Assembly (NCBI RefSeq): GCF_018350175.1
Contig: NC_058368.1
Span: 15,316,001 to 15,380,000 of the forward strand
Reading direction: 5' to 3'
Length of the DNA stretch: 64,000 nucleotides
Source: Felis catus
Taxonomy: Eukaryota
The first letter of the stretch is position 1; every line of letters begins with the position of its first letter. This document shows, in pieces, positions 1 to 10,947 of the stretch. The translations under genes were made by a program, and so were the position numbers. Below the pieces are notes generated by a model that was not told where the DNA came from, did not search any database, and saw nothing but the letters and a program-made list of their open reading frames with translations.

Positions 1-904
1 CCACATGAATTTTAGAAATTGTGTAAATTTCTATTTTTAAAAAGCCTCCTGAGATTTTTATTGTAATTTTGTTGACTCTATATAACAATCAACTTGATAT
101 ATCAATATATATAATTATTATTAAGAATTTACATCTTAAATTTTAGCTTCCTGATACACAGATACAGTGTCACTCCATATATTTGGGTCCTCTTTATTTT
201 CTTCTAGTAATAGTTTGTAGGTTTCAGTGGATAGGTCATTCATATCTTTTGCCAGATTTATCTTTAATATTTTTTGATGAAATTGTAAATAGCTTTTTAC
301 TTTTTATTTCAATTTTGGATTATTCATTATTTCTATAAATATATAGAAATATATTTATTTTTTGTAAATTGATCCTATATTCTGCAACAGTCTTTAGCCA
401 CTCCATTAGGTTTTCTGCATAGTCACATTTCTGCAAATCAAGGTAGTTTAATTCTTCCTTTCCAATCTTGATGTCTTTTATTTCTTTTTCTCATGTTATT
501 TCAATGGCTAGAACCTTCAGTTCACCACTGAATAGAAGTAATGAGAGTAGAATTCTTGTCTTGTTCCTAATCTTAAGGGGAAATTTTTCAGTTTTTCTCC
601 ATTAAGTATGATACTAGTTTAAAATTTTTCACAAATGCCCCTTATAAGGATGAGAAAATTCCTTTCTATTTTAGTTTCCTGACAGTTTTATCAGGAATGG
701 TTATTAAATTTTGTCAAATGGTTTATATGCATCTACTGAGATAATCACATGCTTTTTTTTGTTTTAGTTAATAATATATGAATTACATTGATTCTGAATG
801 TTAAAATAAACCTCACTTGGTTATAATGGATTTTTAATGAATTTTACTTGCTAAATTTTGTTTAGAATTTTTGTGTCTGTGTTTCTGAGGGTTTTTTCCC
901 CTGA

Positions 905-922
905 TTTCTTTCTTTCTTTCCT

Positions 923-970
<48 letters not shown>

Positions 971-971
971 T
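905..971. repeat. (TTTC)n microsatellite
   Basis: Direct tandem repeat; explains the KERK and FFLS ORFs at 834-1148. Confidence 0.95.
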
Positions 972-1672
972 AATTCTCTTTCTTTCTTTCTTTTTCTTTT
1001 CACCATTCCTACTCCTATTGTAGTAATTTGTGTCTCCTTTTTCCTGATCATTTTGGCTAAACATTCAACAACTTTACTGATTTTCCAGAAGAATCGTTTG
1101 GTTTTATTGATTTTTTTCTTGTTTTGCTGCTTTAATCTCCAACTGTAACTGAATTTTTTCAGTTCTCCTTTCAGTTATATCAGTTCATGTATTTTGGAGC
1201 TCTGTTATTAGGTGCATAAACATTTACGATTTTTATGTCATCTTAATGAATTGACCATTTATTTTTTCTGAAAAGACGATCCTTATCTTTGATAATATTC
1301 TTTGTTCTCAAATCTACTTTATCTGATATTCCTGTAGCCTCCCTAGATTTCATTTGGTTAGTATTAGAATAATATATCTTTTCACATTCTTTTACTTAAC
1401 TTGTCTGTGTCTATATATTTAAAGTGTTTTTCTTATAGATAGCATATAGTGAGGTCTTGCTGTTTTATTTTGGTAATCTTGGTAGCTTAGTTGGGATGTT
1501 CAGACCATTTCCATTGAGTGTAATTATAGATTTGTTTAGGAGTGCCTCTAATATTTTATTTATTTTCTATTTGTCTTATCTGTTTTGTGCTTCCTTTTTT
1601 CTCTTTTTTTTTCCCCTTTTTGGATTAGTTGCATGCATTTTTTTATTATTTCATTTTCTCTCCATTGTTGTC

Positions 1673-1899
1673 TTTTTTTTTTTTAATTTTTTTTTTCAAC
1701 GTTTATTTATTTTTGGGACAGAGAGAGACAGAGCATGAACGGGGGAGGGGCAGAGAGAGAGGGAGACACAGAATTGGAAACAGGCTCCAGGCTCTGAGCC
1801 ATCAGCCCAGAGCCCGACGCGGGGCTCGAACTCCCGGACCGTGAGATCGTGACCTGGCTGAAGTCGGAAGCTTAACCGACTGCGCCACCCAGGCGCCCC
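1673..1899 (-). mobile_element. Young felid CanSINE (SINEC_Fc-type)
   Basis: Reverse complement of GGGGCGCCTGGGTGGCGCAGTCGGTTAAG head, (CT) region and A-tail; flanked by CCATTGTTGTC duplication. Confidence 0.95.
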
Positions 1900-1910
1900 C
1901 ATTGTTGTCT

Positions 1911-2123
1911 TTTTTAAAAAAAATTTAATGTTTAGATTTGAAGGAGAGAGAGACAGAGTGTGAGTGGGGGAGGGGCAGAGAGAGGGAGACACAGAATCTG
2001 AAGCAGGCTCCAGGCTCTGAGCCGTCAGCACAGAGCCCAACGCAGGGCTTGAACATAGGAACAGCGAGATCATGACCTGAGCCGAGGTCGGTCGCTTAGC
2101 AGACTGAGCCACCCAGGTGCCCC
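1911..2123 (-). mobile_element. Older feliform CanSINE
   Basis: tRNA-derived head ending ...gagccacccaggtgcccc; TSD TCCATTG(T/A)TGTC. Confidence 0.93.
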
Positions 2124-2449
2124 TCCATTGATGTCATAATAGTGGTTACTCTTTGTTTTGTTAATTTTTTTTTTTTAGTTGTTGCCTTGTAATCTATAGT
2201 ACACATAGTTTACTTGTCACATTTTAGCCTCAGGTAAGATTATATGACTTATCACAATAGTAAGAGACTTAAAATAAAGCATACTTCCTTTATTCCACTC
2301 CTATATTTTGTGCTGTTGTTGTCATACATTTTCAAACTATATATATTAACACTGCAGTGCCTCCTTATTATTTTTATTTAGAAAGCCAATTATCTTTAAG
2401 GATATTTAAATAGTAAGAAAAAACTTACATGTAAATGTATCTGTAAATG

Positions 2450-3015
2450 TTCCAGATATTGGAGATAAAACAATGAACAAAACAAACAAAAGTCCCTCAC
2501 TTAATATTCTAATTGGGGGGAAAAGTCAATAAACAAATAAATCAGTAAAATACATAAAATGTGAGATGATAATAACTGCTCTGAAGTAGAATAACGCGGA
2601 GGGGAAGTAGAGGGTTCTGGATGGCTGCAGTTTCTAATAGCGTGGTTTAGAAAGGCCCACCGAGGAGGTGATAGTTGTTTTTTCTTTTTTAAAAAAATTA
2701 TTTTTGTTTGTCTTAAAGTTTATTTATTTTGAGAGAGAGAGAGAGAAAGAGAGAGAATCCCAAGGAGGCTCAGCACTGTTAGCACGGGGCCCAACACAGG
2801 GGTCGAACTCATGAACCATGAGATCATGACCTGAGCTAAAATCAAGAGTCAGAGGCTTAACAGACTGAGCCACCCAGGCGCCCCTGAGGAGGTATTTGAA
2901 TAGAGGAATGAAGGAGTGAAGGAGCCACTCTTTCAGATGTTTGGGAAAGAACACTTCAGGTAGAAGGAACAGTAGGTGTAAATGCCCTCAGGCAGGAATG
3001 TACATGGCAGGTGTA
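2450..3015 (-). mobile_element. L2 fragment split by a SINE
   Basis: Antisense L2 motifs 'ggagataaaacaatgaacaaaacaaacaaaagtccct' and 'gaaagaacacttcaggtagaaggaacagtaggtgtaaatgccct'. Confidence 0.7.
2678..2884 (-). mobile_element. CanSINE
   Basis: Head ...gagccacccaggcgcccc, (GA)n, T-tail; GAGGAGGT repeated at both flanks. Confidence 0.93.
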
Positions 3016-3749
3016 TGTGTGAGCAACAGCAAGGGAGCATTTCAGACAGAGAGGCACAGCTTGGATCTTCCGAATGTGTAACAACAGGCTCTGATAACCT
3101 CATCATTCATCCTCTTACTATTATCATACATGCACTGTACAAAGTCTTTAACTTATATATAACTTTAGGTATTTATGGATTTGTTTTTTATACTGTGCTA
3201 TTCTAAAAATGTCTATGTAATTTGTAACTGGACTTTTTGTCTTCTGTTTCTTTTCCCTTGAATACAACTATGAGAGTAATTTTCCTAAAACATTGTTTTC
3301 AGCATGTTCCTCTCTTTCTCAGGAACCTAGAACAGCTTCTTGAGTCAAATCCAAAGTTTTAATTTTGCTGGTCCTATGTCAACTGGTATGATTTTTCTTC
3401 ACACAGCCTACCTCTATTGACGCTCTATATGTCATATTTATTCCCACCCATGCATAAGATCCTGCTGGTCCCCTTGCCTTGAGATCCTCTATTTCTCATT
3501 GCCAATTAATTTTCCACACATTCTTGTAGTCCAAACTCAAATATGCTTCACTTATTCATCCAAACAAAGCATTTATTGATTATCTTCCATACACCGGGCA
3601 TAACGAAACTTTATGTGATTAACATCAGCCCCAAATGATTGTTGTTGTTGTTTTTTTCTGGACTCATACAGCAGTTTAAGCTATACAAAAGAACATTCAT
3701 TGTATTTCATGACATACAATTTCTTATTAAATTTCTCTTTTCAATACAA

Positions 3750-3870
3750 CTTTTCTCCACAGGTAAGTTGTAAATTCCTCAAGGGAAGTAGCTTTGCCTT
3801 TTGTTACTTTGCGTTTTCCACAGTGCATAGTATAGTAGAAACAAACTAAATATTTGTTCATAGACTGATT
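3750..3870 (+). mobile_element. L2 3' end relic
   Basis: 'tgtaaattcctcaagggaag...cagtgcatagtatagtag...aaatatttgttcatagactga' follows the L2 3'-terminal pattern. Confidence 0.55.
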
Positions 3871-4364
3871 TAATTCCAAAGTGTTTTTAGAACCTGTCAC
3901 AGCAATCCTCTGAAGGTCTTCTTTTAAAATTATATTCAATTACTCTCCTATCTTATTAAGTAAAAATGGCACCTTATGCAAAACTACGGTAAATGGAGAG
4001 TATTTTATTGGCCAGAGGTATCTTCCAAGTCTCTTATAATAGTGGAGGAAAGATGCGTCCTCTTTGTCTTTTCAATTGATGCTATTTTGATCTGCACAGA
4101 AAATACAGGACGTCAACTGCTTTAACAGTGATAAATGTGGGCTACGGTAGATATAGTTGAGTGCTGTGCTCAAGATGAACCCATTCATCATGTGTCCCTG
4201 TCTGTGGGTGGGTGAACAGATCCCCAGGTCCCCATTGTTCATGATGGGACAAAGCATTTCTACCTCTTTCATAGTGCAGTATGTCTGCTGTTTAAATTTT
4301 CATGGCATCTGCGAGGTACTCACAAAACCGTGCCTTACAAGATGCAACTAAACGTATATGCTGC

Positions 4365-4705
4365 AACTAAACTCCAGCCACATTGGGCTCCTTTATGTTT
4401 CTCATCTATGTCAGGTTCTTTCCTATCCTTTCCCCTTTTAAATTTGCCATTCTGTCTGCTTGAAATGCTCCACTCTCAGTTCTGCAAAGGCTCATTTTCA
4501 TTCTTCAACTCTCCGCTCAAATGCTGCCTCTTCCAGGCAGCCTCCCCTGACCACTTTTATGAAAAGAAGATGTCCTCCCCTGACCTCTACCAACACCCTG
4601 CACCGTTTTGTCACCACTTTGTTTTTTTCACAGTATTCATCCCACTATAGCCTAGCAGTGGTCCAGTGCTTGGTAGGCCCTCAGTAAAAAATTGTTGAAT
4701 GAAAA
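4365..4705 (+). mobile_element. L2 3' fragment
   Basis: 'actccagccacattgg...ctcaaatgctgcctcttccaggcagcctcccctgaccac...ggtaggccctcagtaaaaattgttgaatgaa'. Confidence 0.75.
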
Positions 4706-5079
4706 AATAACTAACTTGTTGTAAAAAGAGTCATCTGTTATTTAGCAGCATTGTTTATCATGCCATGACTCATACTAACAGTGAGGTACACAAACCACCT
4801 GTGCAGTGCTTGACTCTCAATTTGTAGCTTTAATAATTGCTATTGCTTTCATTTGTATCATAGGAGTAAAATAGTAAAATAAAATTAAAATAAGAAGTGC
4901 CCTAGCCATCCATATCACTATCCTGTCCTGTTTTTGCTCCCTAAATAGCCTTAGCTTTCCTTCTGACTAACTTCCCGGTTATTTCTTAGTTCTGTGTGTT
5001 TAACCCTGATTAAACTCATTTAATCTTTCTTTCATCCGCGGGGCAATGCTAGTGCGAGTCAGAATCTTTCGTTTGTGTT

Positions 5080-5225
5080 GTGCTTTATGTGCAGAAAGCA
5101 TTTGCATCTTTCGGACAGCTCTGTGAGTCGGGCAGAGTGATGCTTTCCTTGTACAGATAAGGAAGAGGTTCAAAAAAATAAGCGATTTAACTAAGGTCAC
5201 ATGGGTAGACAATGAGAGTGAAGGC
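5080..5225 (-). mobile_element. MIR fragment
   Basis: Core 'tacagataaggaagaggttc...gatttaactaaggtcacat'. Confidence 0.65.
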
Positions 5226-6099
5226 ATAATGGGGAAAATGCTCTTGCTGCATCCACAAGTGTGATCTCACGGCACTCCGAAAGCCTTATTGTGTGTATCT
5301 TCCTGGTTGGTGACAGGGAGACCAGGCCACCCAGAAAGGGGGCTCCCATACTGTGTGAATGAACTCATCGTCCCCCTCCATGCACCTCATGCCTGCAGAG
5401 CTGGTGGTTACTTGAGAAAAGCAGACCTGCTCTCAGGCCATCTGCTATGTCTGTTTGGTTTTCTGTCCTTCCCCAGCTGCCCTCTATTCCTTTTGTCAGT
5501 TGGCTTGCATTTCTCTGAAGTTAATTTTGGCATTCTGCCATCAGCCTATCTTTCTGGATGTTCTTTTATTATTAATTTAAGGGTACATAGTATTATATCA
5601 AAAGCTGTGCTTCCATATGGAAACAAAATTTGACTTAAAAAATAACTTCATATTTTTTGAGCTTCATATTTTTTGAGTAAGGTTTTTGAGGCTTTTTCTA
5701 AGGCATAAAGAGAAAGAGAGAGGTCTAAGAGCATGCCCTATTTAAAAACAACAAATATATATATATCATATTTATATATTTAATATTAAATATATATTAT
5801 GTTTATACATATGTATATATATTTAGCTCACCAGGAAGATATATTATGTCTGTGATTGCACAGACATCCATATTTAATTGTCCTGGTCTATAGATGTCAA
5901 CACCGGAGGTGTTACTGAGAGAATGCTGAGTAGGGCTGGAGGAATGTTCGCAGCCTGCTGAACCTGCCAGAAAAGGGACCCTGCGGCTCCTTTAATGCCT
6001 GCCAGAAACTGATGTGTGGAGGGGGGCTCTGCCTCCCAGGCCATGTAACTGCTGTGCCCAGAAATCAGACGAGGGGCAACAAGCCGCACCCCCTTCACT

Positions 6100-6230
6100 G
6101 GCTGGGTTCTCAAGTCAATCACCTTTCCTTTCTGAGTCTCAGTTTCCTCCCCTGAGGAAATATCATCACTGCCTACGCTGTTTGCCATAGTTGTGGGGAA
6201 TCAAGTGGGAAACATATGAGAGACAGAATT
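6100..6230 (+). mobile_element. MIR fragment
   Basis: Core 'ctgagtctcagtttcctcccctg'. Confidence 0.55.
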
Positions 6231-7049
6231 TTGGCATTCGTTAAAATTTGTACAAGAACAGGTTTTCTTCATGGTATTAAGGCAGATATAGACTCTACTT
6301 CCTGCTAGTTCTGCTAATGACTTCAGTGTGTCCTTTTGGTATTTCTTCAGCTCTGCCTTTTGATGGTCACTTATTTCAGCTCAGGATATGAGAGCTGCTT
6401 AAGGATCCCGCTCTCATCTGTTCCTTCCTATGTCTAGACTGGTGAGGCGGACTTGCATTAAATATAATTTTGGCCTTCCAGCAGCTGTTGAGGACATCAT
6501 GGAATGAGACCTTACATTGCCTACAGATGTTAAATACTGCTTGCAGGTGACCCGGCAATTCTGTCCATGTCTCTAGTCTGCATTCTAAGTCTCTCCATCA
6601 GTCAGAAGCAAGCGTGAAGGGTAATCTGTTTTGCTAAGGGTCCCATAGGAATTTGTTGCTGCTGCTGACATAAGAAAAAGGCAAAAAAGAAAGGCCAATT
6701 TACTTTCAGGCTTTTGCAAAGTAGCAGATGTTTCCTGTGCAAAACTAATATCATAGCAGCATGATATATTTGCACAGGATCATATGGTTTTAAAAAACAA
6801 ACTTTGTTTTAATAATTATACAAGGAATTGTGAATATATTCTCATTGAAAAAAAAAAAGCCAAACAATAAAGAAATATATACAGGAAATGGCTTTCTCTG
6901 GGAAAAGAAAAAGAACTTCAGGTGATGTGGGAGGTGTTGGGTGAAGGAGGCTCTTCATTTTGCCTGTATATTGAAGTTTTGGTGTGTGTCCTTTCATAGT
7001 TTTTATAACCATCTGTATACATATATGTACAGATAAAAATATATGAAGA

Positions 7050-7179
7050 AAAAATCTTTAACATAAATGGAATCATACTAAACATATTGTTCAGCAACTT
7101 TTTTTACTTGAAGAGCTTTCTTTTTTTTTTTTTAAGTTTACTTATTTGAGAGAGAGAGTGAGGGCAGAGGGGCAAGAGA

Positions 7180-7221
<42 letters not shown>

Positions 7222-7600
7222 CCCAAAACAGGCTCTGGACTGTCAGTGCAGAGCCCAATGTGGGGCTTGAACTCACGAACCAGGAGATTGTGATCTGAGC
7301 TGAAATCAGGAGTCGGATGCTTAACTGACTGAGCCACCCATATGCCTCTTGAAGAGCTTTCTACCTATTACAAATACATTTGCTGCATTAAAAAATATAT
7401 AGCTAAATGGTATCCCCAAGATATGCCACTAATTAATATCTATAGTATGTTGTTAATCACTTTCTTATATATGGAGATTTATTTTGAATTTTTTGATATA
7501 ATAATGTTGCCATTAACATCCTCGTGCATACATCTTTCTGCACATGTATGAGTATTTCTCACAGCAGGATAGAAAACTAGAAGGAAAATTGCTGAGTCAG
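7050..7600 (-). mobile_element. Old L1ME-like 3' fragment split by a SINE
   Basis: 'acataaatggaatcatactaaacatattgttcagcaactt' and 'aacatcctcgtgcatacatctttctgcacatgtatgagtatttct'. Confidence 0.6.
7122..7347 (-). mobile_element. CanSINE
   Basis: 15-bp TSD CTTGAAGAGCTTTCT at 7107-7121 and 7348-7362; (GA)n. Confidence 0.93.
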
Positions 7601-7747
7601 ACTTCAGTCAACTCTGAGACTCAGTTTCCTTTTTTATGAAATTGGTTTACTATCACCTACCCCAAGGGTCATTTTGAGGATTAAAAATTGAAATTAAATG
7701 TTTAAATTATAAATGCAAGTTCATTCTCTTTATTAAAGTCGTTTTTA

Positions 7748-7944
7748 GGGGCGCCTGGGTGGCTCAGTAGGCTGAGTGTCTGACTCTTGATTTTGGCTCA
7801 GGTCATGATCTCACGGCTCATGGGACTGAGCCTCGCATCAGACTCTGTTCTGAGCATGGAGCCTGCTTGGGATTCTCTCTCTGCCTCTGCCCCTTTCTCA
7901 TGCTGTCTCTCTCTCTAAAATAAAAACTGAAAAATAATAAAAAG
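7748..7944 (+). mobile_element. CanSINE
   Basis: GGGGCGCCTGGGTGGCTCAG head, CT-rich region, A-tail. Confidence 0.93.
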
Positions 7945-8650
7945 TAAAGTCTTTAAAAAAATAATTTAAAAAAATTTCCCCCCACTTTTCTCAGGACCCT
8001 TTTTATTTCTCTGTATTTGTTCTTCTCTATTAAGATGTCTGATGTGCAGGAGGATAAGTCAAACAACTATTGACATTCTTCTCCTCTGCCCTCAATTCCA
8101 TCCTGTTTCTCTTGCGAAAATACAGAGTACTCTGAAGAATGTTGGGGCTCTGTATTAGTCTGTCCTCCCTTCTTCTGTTTTCTCTTTTCTTTGGTTAGCT
8201 TTCCTTTCCTTTCTTTTCATAAGCTACGTGGAGGCAGCCAGCTGGGTGACTGTCTATGTGAGGCTGGGGGGAAGCATGGCATGAGGGGTGGAGCTGCTGG
8301 GGTGTGGAGATGCCAGAACAAGATGAGAGATCGGGCAGGACCAGAGCAGAGTCTAGGAGCCAATTGTCAACTGGCATGCTGGAAGGTTGACATGGATGCT
8401 TTCAGCTTTGATGCCAAAGCACCAAATGGTTTGAATGAATCCCCTGTGAGGGCTCATAACCAGATTCTCAGGAACCTTAAGGAACAGCCTGGAGGGTGGT
8501 TGGGGCTGTGCTCAGGTTTGGCAGACAAGGGAGCAGCCTGGAACTGGGGCTTGGTCTCTACTTTGGTTGCCTCAAGCCCTGGTCGGCTCAGTTCTCAGGG
8601 GGCAAGCTTGGCCAAAGCTAAGTAAAGGAGAAGAACTAGTTTCTGGTGGG

Positions 8651-8862
8651 TTTTCTGTTTGTTTGTTTGTTTGTTTTCCACTTATTATTTATTTTTGAGA
8701 AAGCCAGAGAGAGTGCAAGTGGGGGAGGGGCAAAGAGAGGGGGAGAAATCTCAAGAAGGCTCTGCACTGTGGGTGCAGAGCCCTATGTGGGGCTCGAACT
8801 CATGAAACCTGAGCTGACATCAAGAGTCAGACGCTTAACTGACCCAGCCACCCAGGCGCCCC
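8651..8862 (-). mobile_element. CanSINE
   Basis: Head ...gccacccaggcgcccc; (TTTG)n tail. Confidence 0.9.
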
Positions 8863-10629
8863 TAAGTTTCCACTTCTTGTATGTCATATTGTTTTGCAAC
8901 ATTCCAATATATTAACCTGTTTAAAGTCCCCTGTTAAACGTGAGCACGTATGACACAGATTCTCCCCTTAAACATTTGTCTCTCTCTTGAAATTCATCGC
9001 ATTCTCAATAGATCATTTCTTAGCATCTTACATGTGTTTTGAAGGGAAGGATTAAAGCAAAACTGCCGCCTGTAGCCTCAGGCCACCTCCGTTCAAATGA
9101 GAACACTTGCACTGATGTTATAACTAGAGGTATGGATTTGAAATAGCTCAAAAAGCTGACCTCTGATTCCAGGCCTTGGCACAGGCCCTGAGGCAGTGTA
9201 TGTTAGACAGCAGGTTAAAACAGGCCCTGGTCTCATTGTGGCACTCAGTGCTCTACATGTGGATGCCCCTTAACCGCTGAGATAGGGAGGGAACAGGGAC
9301 CTTCACTGAGACCTTTAAAGAGAGACGAGTCGAGCTGCTACTAAGGAGTTTAGATGCTAGCACCTACTCCTAGCCTGTGTCTTCATACGACTGCTCGATT
9401 TTCTTTTCATTCATCTCTTCTAGTGTCTGAGTAGGCTAGTAACATCTCTATAGACTGGAAGTCCAGAAGGGAAGGACTTCATGGGGTCAGTTGGCCTTCC
9501 CCTGATGTGTTTACTAAACACTTTTCTGTATACTTTTCGGTATAGTGAGGAAGAGGAAACATGGCAGACGGAAGCTTAGCCCTTTGATCTCTCAATTCTT
9601 CCCTGAGAACCTGTGCAAATGAATCCATGCTGTTCATTATGCTCCACCAAGGAACACGATGAGCTGTTCTCTGAGGCCAGATTTTCAACCTACGATTCTC
9701 TGAGAATAGTTTCCATATTGTGGAAGAGATGACTAGCTGGTCCAATGAGTCAAGAAGGATAAAAGCACAACACATTTGGAAAAAAAAAAAAAAAAAAGAC
9801 ATGGTTTGGTGGCTAAAGAATGAGAACCCAGCTTTTATCCTGGATATGACATTTCACTGAGTGTCTTAGGCATGCCGTTTTATCTTATGTTACGGAAAAC
9901 TTAGGAAATGTTACAGCTGCCTAGGTGCTTGGGTTGTTCCCAAGAGTTATGTCTTCAATATGCTTTGGCTTTTAATTCAGAGTATGGAATCACACAGCCA
10001 CAAATACTGATGTAAGTCTTTGGCTTTTCAATTGAATTTAGGAAACTTGAGACTTCCTCACATTTCGTTTCTATGCTATCCGCGGAAGCACATGGTATTC
10101 CTCTGCATCTCGTTCTGATCACACAAAGAACTCTCTTGACATTACCTCTGACTCTTTTGCCTCTTTTGTCCCAGGAAAACAAAGCTTTGAATCCCTTCCA
10201 CTCCTGTCTCCTTCTTGTTTTATTTCAGTGTCTGTTTACAGACCAGTGTTTATACCCAGAGAATTCTGCCCCCATTTCCCCTCATAACTACCGCCCTTAC
10301 CTATTATTGTCCCCCCCATGAATACCCCCCTTACCTATAATTGTCCTATTCCACTTTTCAGATTCCCTTCACTCATTTAAAACATTTACATTTACGGACC
10401 TAGGCATGAGTTCTTTCACCAGCCATGACAAAAATATCTTCCTTTGATTTCAGTACCTAGCAAATTGCCCACCACATACTACCTGCTCTGTAAATATTAT
10501 TTGAAAAAATGAATGAATACTTACTTGCCTGATTATAAAATGTGAAATGTGAATGAGATATGCATGCTTGCTCATTGGGACAACAACGATACCACATCTA
10601 AGTGGAGTAGGACCCTCTGTTGTGCAAGA

Positions 10630-10947
10630 AGCCTATTGTTGCTTGTCTGGAATGCCCTCACCTCTACTCAAGGGCTCCCCAATTCCTCACCCCTGACCAC
10701 TTCCTGCCAGTCTTTTAAAACTTGATTTAGGGCCACCCTTCAGAAAGCCCTCCCTAGCCGCCAGGGCTGAGTAAGTTTATGTGCTTCCAAAGCTTACAGT
10801 GAATATCTCTGTGTATCTCTGGGTTAAGTTCTGTCTCTTTCCCCTCATCCCAGTAGACCATGTACTCTTTCTTCATGGATCCCCAGTGCCTAGCAAGGGT
10901 CCTAGAACATGGAAAGCAAGCAATGCAAGTTTGTGGAATAAATGAAG
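10630..10947 (+). mobile_element. L2 3' fragment
   Basis: 'tctggaatgccctc...atccccagtgcctagcaagggtcctagaacat...gtttgtggaataaatgaa'. Confidence 0.7.

Larger units (their letters stand above)
1..2450 (-). mobile_element. Old L1M (LINE-1) ORF2-region fragment, antisense, interrupted by (TTTC)n and two SINEs
   Basis: T-rich antisense L1 ORF2 motifs, e.g. 'tcttcctttccaatcttgatgtcttttatttctttttc...ggctagaaccttcag...gaatagaagtaatgagagtag...cttgtcttgttcctaatctt'; boundaries approximate. Confidence 0.8.

Noticed and set aside
834..1148. Lys/Glu/Arg-rich and Phe/Leu/Ser-rich ORFs
   Set aside because: Translations of the (TTTC)n microsatellite
1696..2112. 138-aa ORF and the many similar GAPGWRSRLS / MAQSV ORFs
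   Set aside because: Read-through of CanSINE sequence; recurs at every SINE
5646..5677. 16-bp tandem duplication CTTCATATTTTTTGAG x2
   Set aside because: Ordinary slippage duplication; two units and no spacers, so not CRISPR-like
6733..6779. Resemblance of TGTGCAAA to the miR-19 seed
   Set aside because: Arm order and remaining sequence do not match the miR-19 precursor; only the hairpin is reported
8191..8625. 144-aa ORF
   Set aside because: Non-ATG start, no recognisable domain, no supporting exon structure
9479..9802. 107-aa minus-strand ORF in unique DNA
   Set aside because: Begins in a poly-T run, no recognised homology, no clear donor site
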